64,000 nt of DNA. Origin: a virus. Lineage: Duplodnaviria; Caudoviricetes. Where the stretch lies: positions 1 to 64,000 of the IMG/VR virus record IMGVR_UViG_3300033547_000001; one strand, given 5' to 3'. Under the pieces are notes generated by a model that was not told the DNA's origin, did not search any database, and saw nothing but the letters and a program-made list of their open reading frames with translations. The translations under genes were made by a program, and so were the position numbers. Shown here piece after piece: positions 62,332-64,000 of the stretch; position 1 is the first letter of the stretch; the number at the start of each line of letters is the position of its first letter.

Positions 62332-63602
62332 CATGCCGCGGCTTTGGAGCGGTCCTTGACGACCTGATCGAAGGTCTTCTTCGTTCCTTGCAGCACGGCT
62401 TTCTTGTCAGAGAATTTCTCCCACCGTCGCACGGCCAAGTCCACATAGGCCGGGTTCAATTCGACGGCCAGACATACCCTTCCAAGCGTTTCCGCCGAGA
62501 TGATGGTGGTGCCGCTACCAGCGTAGGGCTCAAACACCAGATCGCCGGCGATTGAGTAAAGCCGGAGCAATCGGGAGATTAACTCCACCGGCTTCGCCCA
62601 TGGCACCGGCCGCTCCCAATGGCCGCACGAGAACAACTTCGAATAGTCGGCGTGTTCGAGACCATGCTGAGGAGCAATCTTACCGATCAGAACGACATAA
62701 TCGAGGTCAGACATGAGGTGGTTGTTGTGGTTTGGAACCGAAGCTTGTCGGTGCAGAACTGCAACGTCCCACTTCAACTTCTTTGCTCGAGCAAGATCAA
62801 GGTAGTCTGCAAGCAGATCCTTCGATGTGAAGATCACGTTAGCTTCACTGAGCGAGCACAGGTCCGAAACCTTGAAGTCTGCGACTTCGTCGCGCTTCAT
62901 TTTTGCGGTGTGCGTCATGTCGCTGTAGATTCCACCTCCTCGCGTCTCAGCGCTATAGGGTGGATCTGCTAACATCAACTTCGGACGTTCGGCGAACAGT
63001 TTTGCCGTGATCTTTTCGCTACTCGAATCCCCACAGACCAGACGGTGAGAGCCCATCAACCATACGTCGCCGAGCCTTGATACCGCCGGCGCCAGGTCGG
63101 GGATGTCGTTCGGGTTGCCGGATCCGCCAGCGCCACCGATGAAGGTAGCCAATCGAACATTGTCAAAACCGGTGAGGTGCAGCGGGTAGTCGAGCTTTGC
63201 GAGCGTGGTCAGGCCGATCCGCAGCAAGCCTTTGTCGAAACCGGTCATTGCCGGCAGAGCATTGTCGCTGATAACGATCGCCCACTTCTGCGCCGGCGTC
63301 AGGCCTGGGCGAACTATGGTCGGCACCAAAGCCCGCTCTGCTTTGCGTGCGCCGAGCTGACGCCCATGCCCTTTGAGGATCGTGTCGGTCTCGTCAATCA
63401 AGATCGGCTGGTCGAATCCGAACTCCAGGATGTTCGTCGCGATTGCGTCGATTTGTTCTGGCGTATGGATCTTCGGATTGTTCGGAAACGGGATGAGATC
63501 GTCCACCGGGCGCATCACGATTTCTTCGGCAGTGAACTTGATCTCAGGAGCCGATACATTGGCGCCCGACTGCCTTTTCCTCTTCGAGACCTGCGTCTTC
63601 AA
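62331..63602 (-). CDS. ParB-like domain fused to N6-adenine/N4-cytosine DNA methyltransferase
   Basis: NNPKIH, FGFDQPILID, GHGR, ISDN; ADPPY then EPYAGSGTT; TTG start after GGAGG. Confidence 0.85.
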   Translation of the reverse strand: MKTQVSKRKRQSGANVSAPEIKFTAEEIVMRPVDDLIPFPNNPKIHTPEQIDAIATNILEFGFDQPILIDETDTILKGHGRQLGARKAERALVPTIVRPGLTPAQKWAIVISDNALPAMTGFDKGLLRIGLTTLAKLDYPLHLTGFDNVRLATFIGGAGGSGNPNDIPDLAPAVSRLGDVWLMGSHRLVCGDSSSEKITAKLFAERPKLMLADPPYSAETRGGGIYSDMTHTAKMKRDEVADFKVSDLCSLSEANVIFTSKDLLADYLDLARAKKLKWDVAVLHRQASVPNHNNHLMSDLDYVVLIGKIAPQHGLEHADYSKLFSCGHWERPVPWAKPVELISRLLRLYSIAGDLVFEPYAGSGTTIISAETLGRVCLAVELNPAYVDLAVRRWEKFSDKKAVLQGTKKTFDQVVKDRSKAAA

Positions 63603-63940
63603 TCGATCGCCTCCGCGTCCACCGCGTCGCCCTTCATCAGCCTGAGCTTCTTCTGCGCCTCGAACGCGCTCGGATAGTTGCCTAAGGACGGCTTGATGAA
63701 GGCGCGAGGCACGTTCGCATAACCAAGTTGCTGGTTGGCGTCGTTGAAGACCATGGTGGCGTCGTATCCCCTGCCTTCGATCACCGCTCGACGCCTGGAC
63801 CTGTTGCCGGCGCGCGTCCACTCGTGCGGCCAGTGCGTGACGAAGCCGGAGTCGATCAGCACCGCCATGTAGACGGTCATCTCGGAAAACGCCTCAACGT
63901 CCTTTTGATGTACGGGATAACTCTTGCGCTTGAAGGCCAT
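63599..63940 (-). CDS. Hypothetical protein
   Basis: ORF coupled to the methyltransferase gene. Confidence 0.55.
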   Translation of the reverse strand: MAFKRKSYPVHQKDVEAFSEMTVYMAVLIDSGFVTHWPHEWTRAGNRSRRRAVIEGRGYDATMVFNDANQQLGYANVPRAFIKPSLGNYPSAFEAQKKLRLMKGDAVDAEAID

Positions 63941-64000
63941 GCGCGCCGTCTTCGAAAGAGGTGGAAGGCCGCCTCGCCGCTGCAGCCGCTCCTAAATGTC

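Noticed and set aside
1-64000. CRISPR array, diversity-generating retroelement, retron, integrase/att site, introns or inteins
   Set aside because: No regularly spaced repeats, no reverse transcriptase or recombinase motifs, and terminase, portal and capsid genes are uninterrupted. I did not notice a template/variable repeat pair, but a self-dotplot was not run.

Overview
This window is one contiguous segment of a GC-rich tailed phage or prophage with a contractile tail. The host is probably an alphaproteobacterium (Hyphomicrobiales-like), inferred from GapR-like and DUF3489 genes and the GC level. Both window ends cut through phage sequence. Plus strand 1.4-19.2 kb is an early/middle arm: DUF932-like protein, SMC-like ATPase, RecE-like PD-(D/E)XK exonuclease, putative annealing protein, ExoX-like exonuclease, ParB-like proteins, MazG-like protein, C5 methyltransferase and two HNH endonucleases. 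Minus strand ~61-19.3 kb is a complete virion and lysis operon of the DUF1073 portal / DUF2213 protease / DUF2184 capsid / DUF3383 sheath / DUF2612 baseplate type, ending in tRNA-Thr(CGT). No integrase, replicative helicase/polymerase, reverse transcriptase or CRISPR array is visible. The most unusual signals are: (1) a ~340-nt densely base-paired non-coding RNA ending in a terminator just upstream of the prohead protease region; (2) an apparent head-cargo system in which Nudix, Zn-finger and acidic domains are fused to protease, MuF and portal and delimited by recurring A-x-D motifs; (3) tail-fibre-like and esterase proteins with signal peptides inside the virion operon; (4) one Gly/Thr-rich module inserted into four different structural proteins; (5) three DUF6527-like paralogues clustered with a GNAT and an HTH; (6) a shared promoter/operator motif linking the early arm to a distant inverted cassette. 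All family names are recognised by eye from motifs and gene order; no database searches were run.
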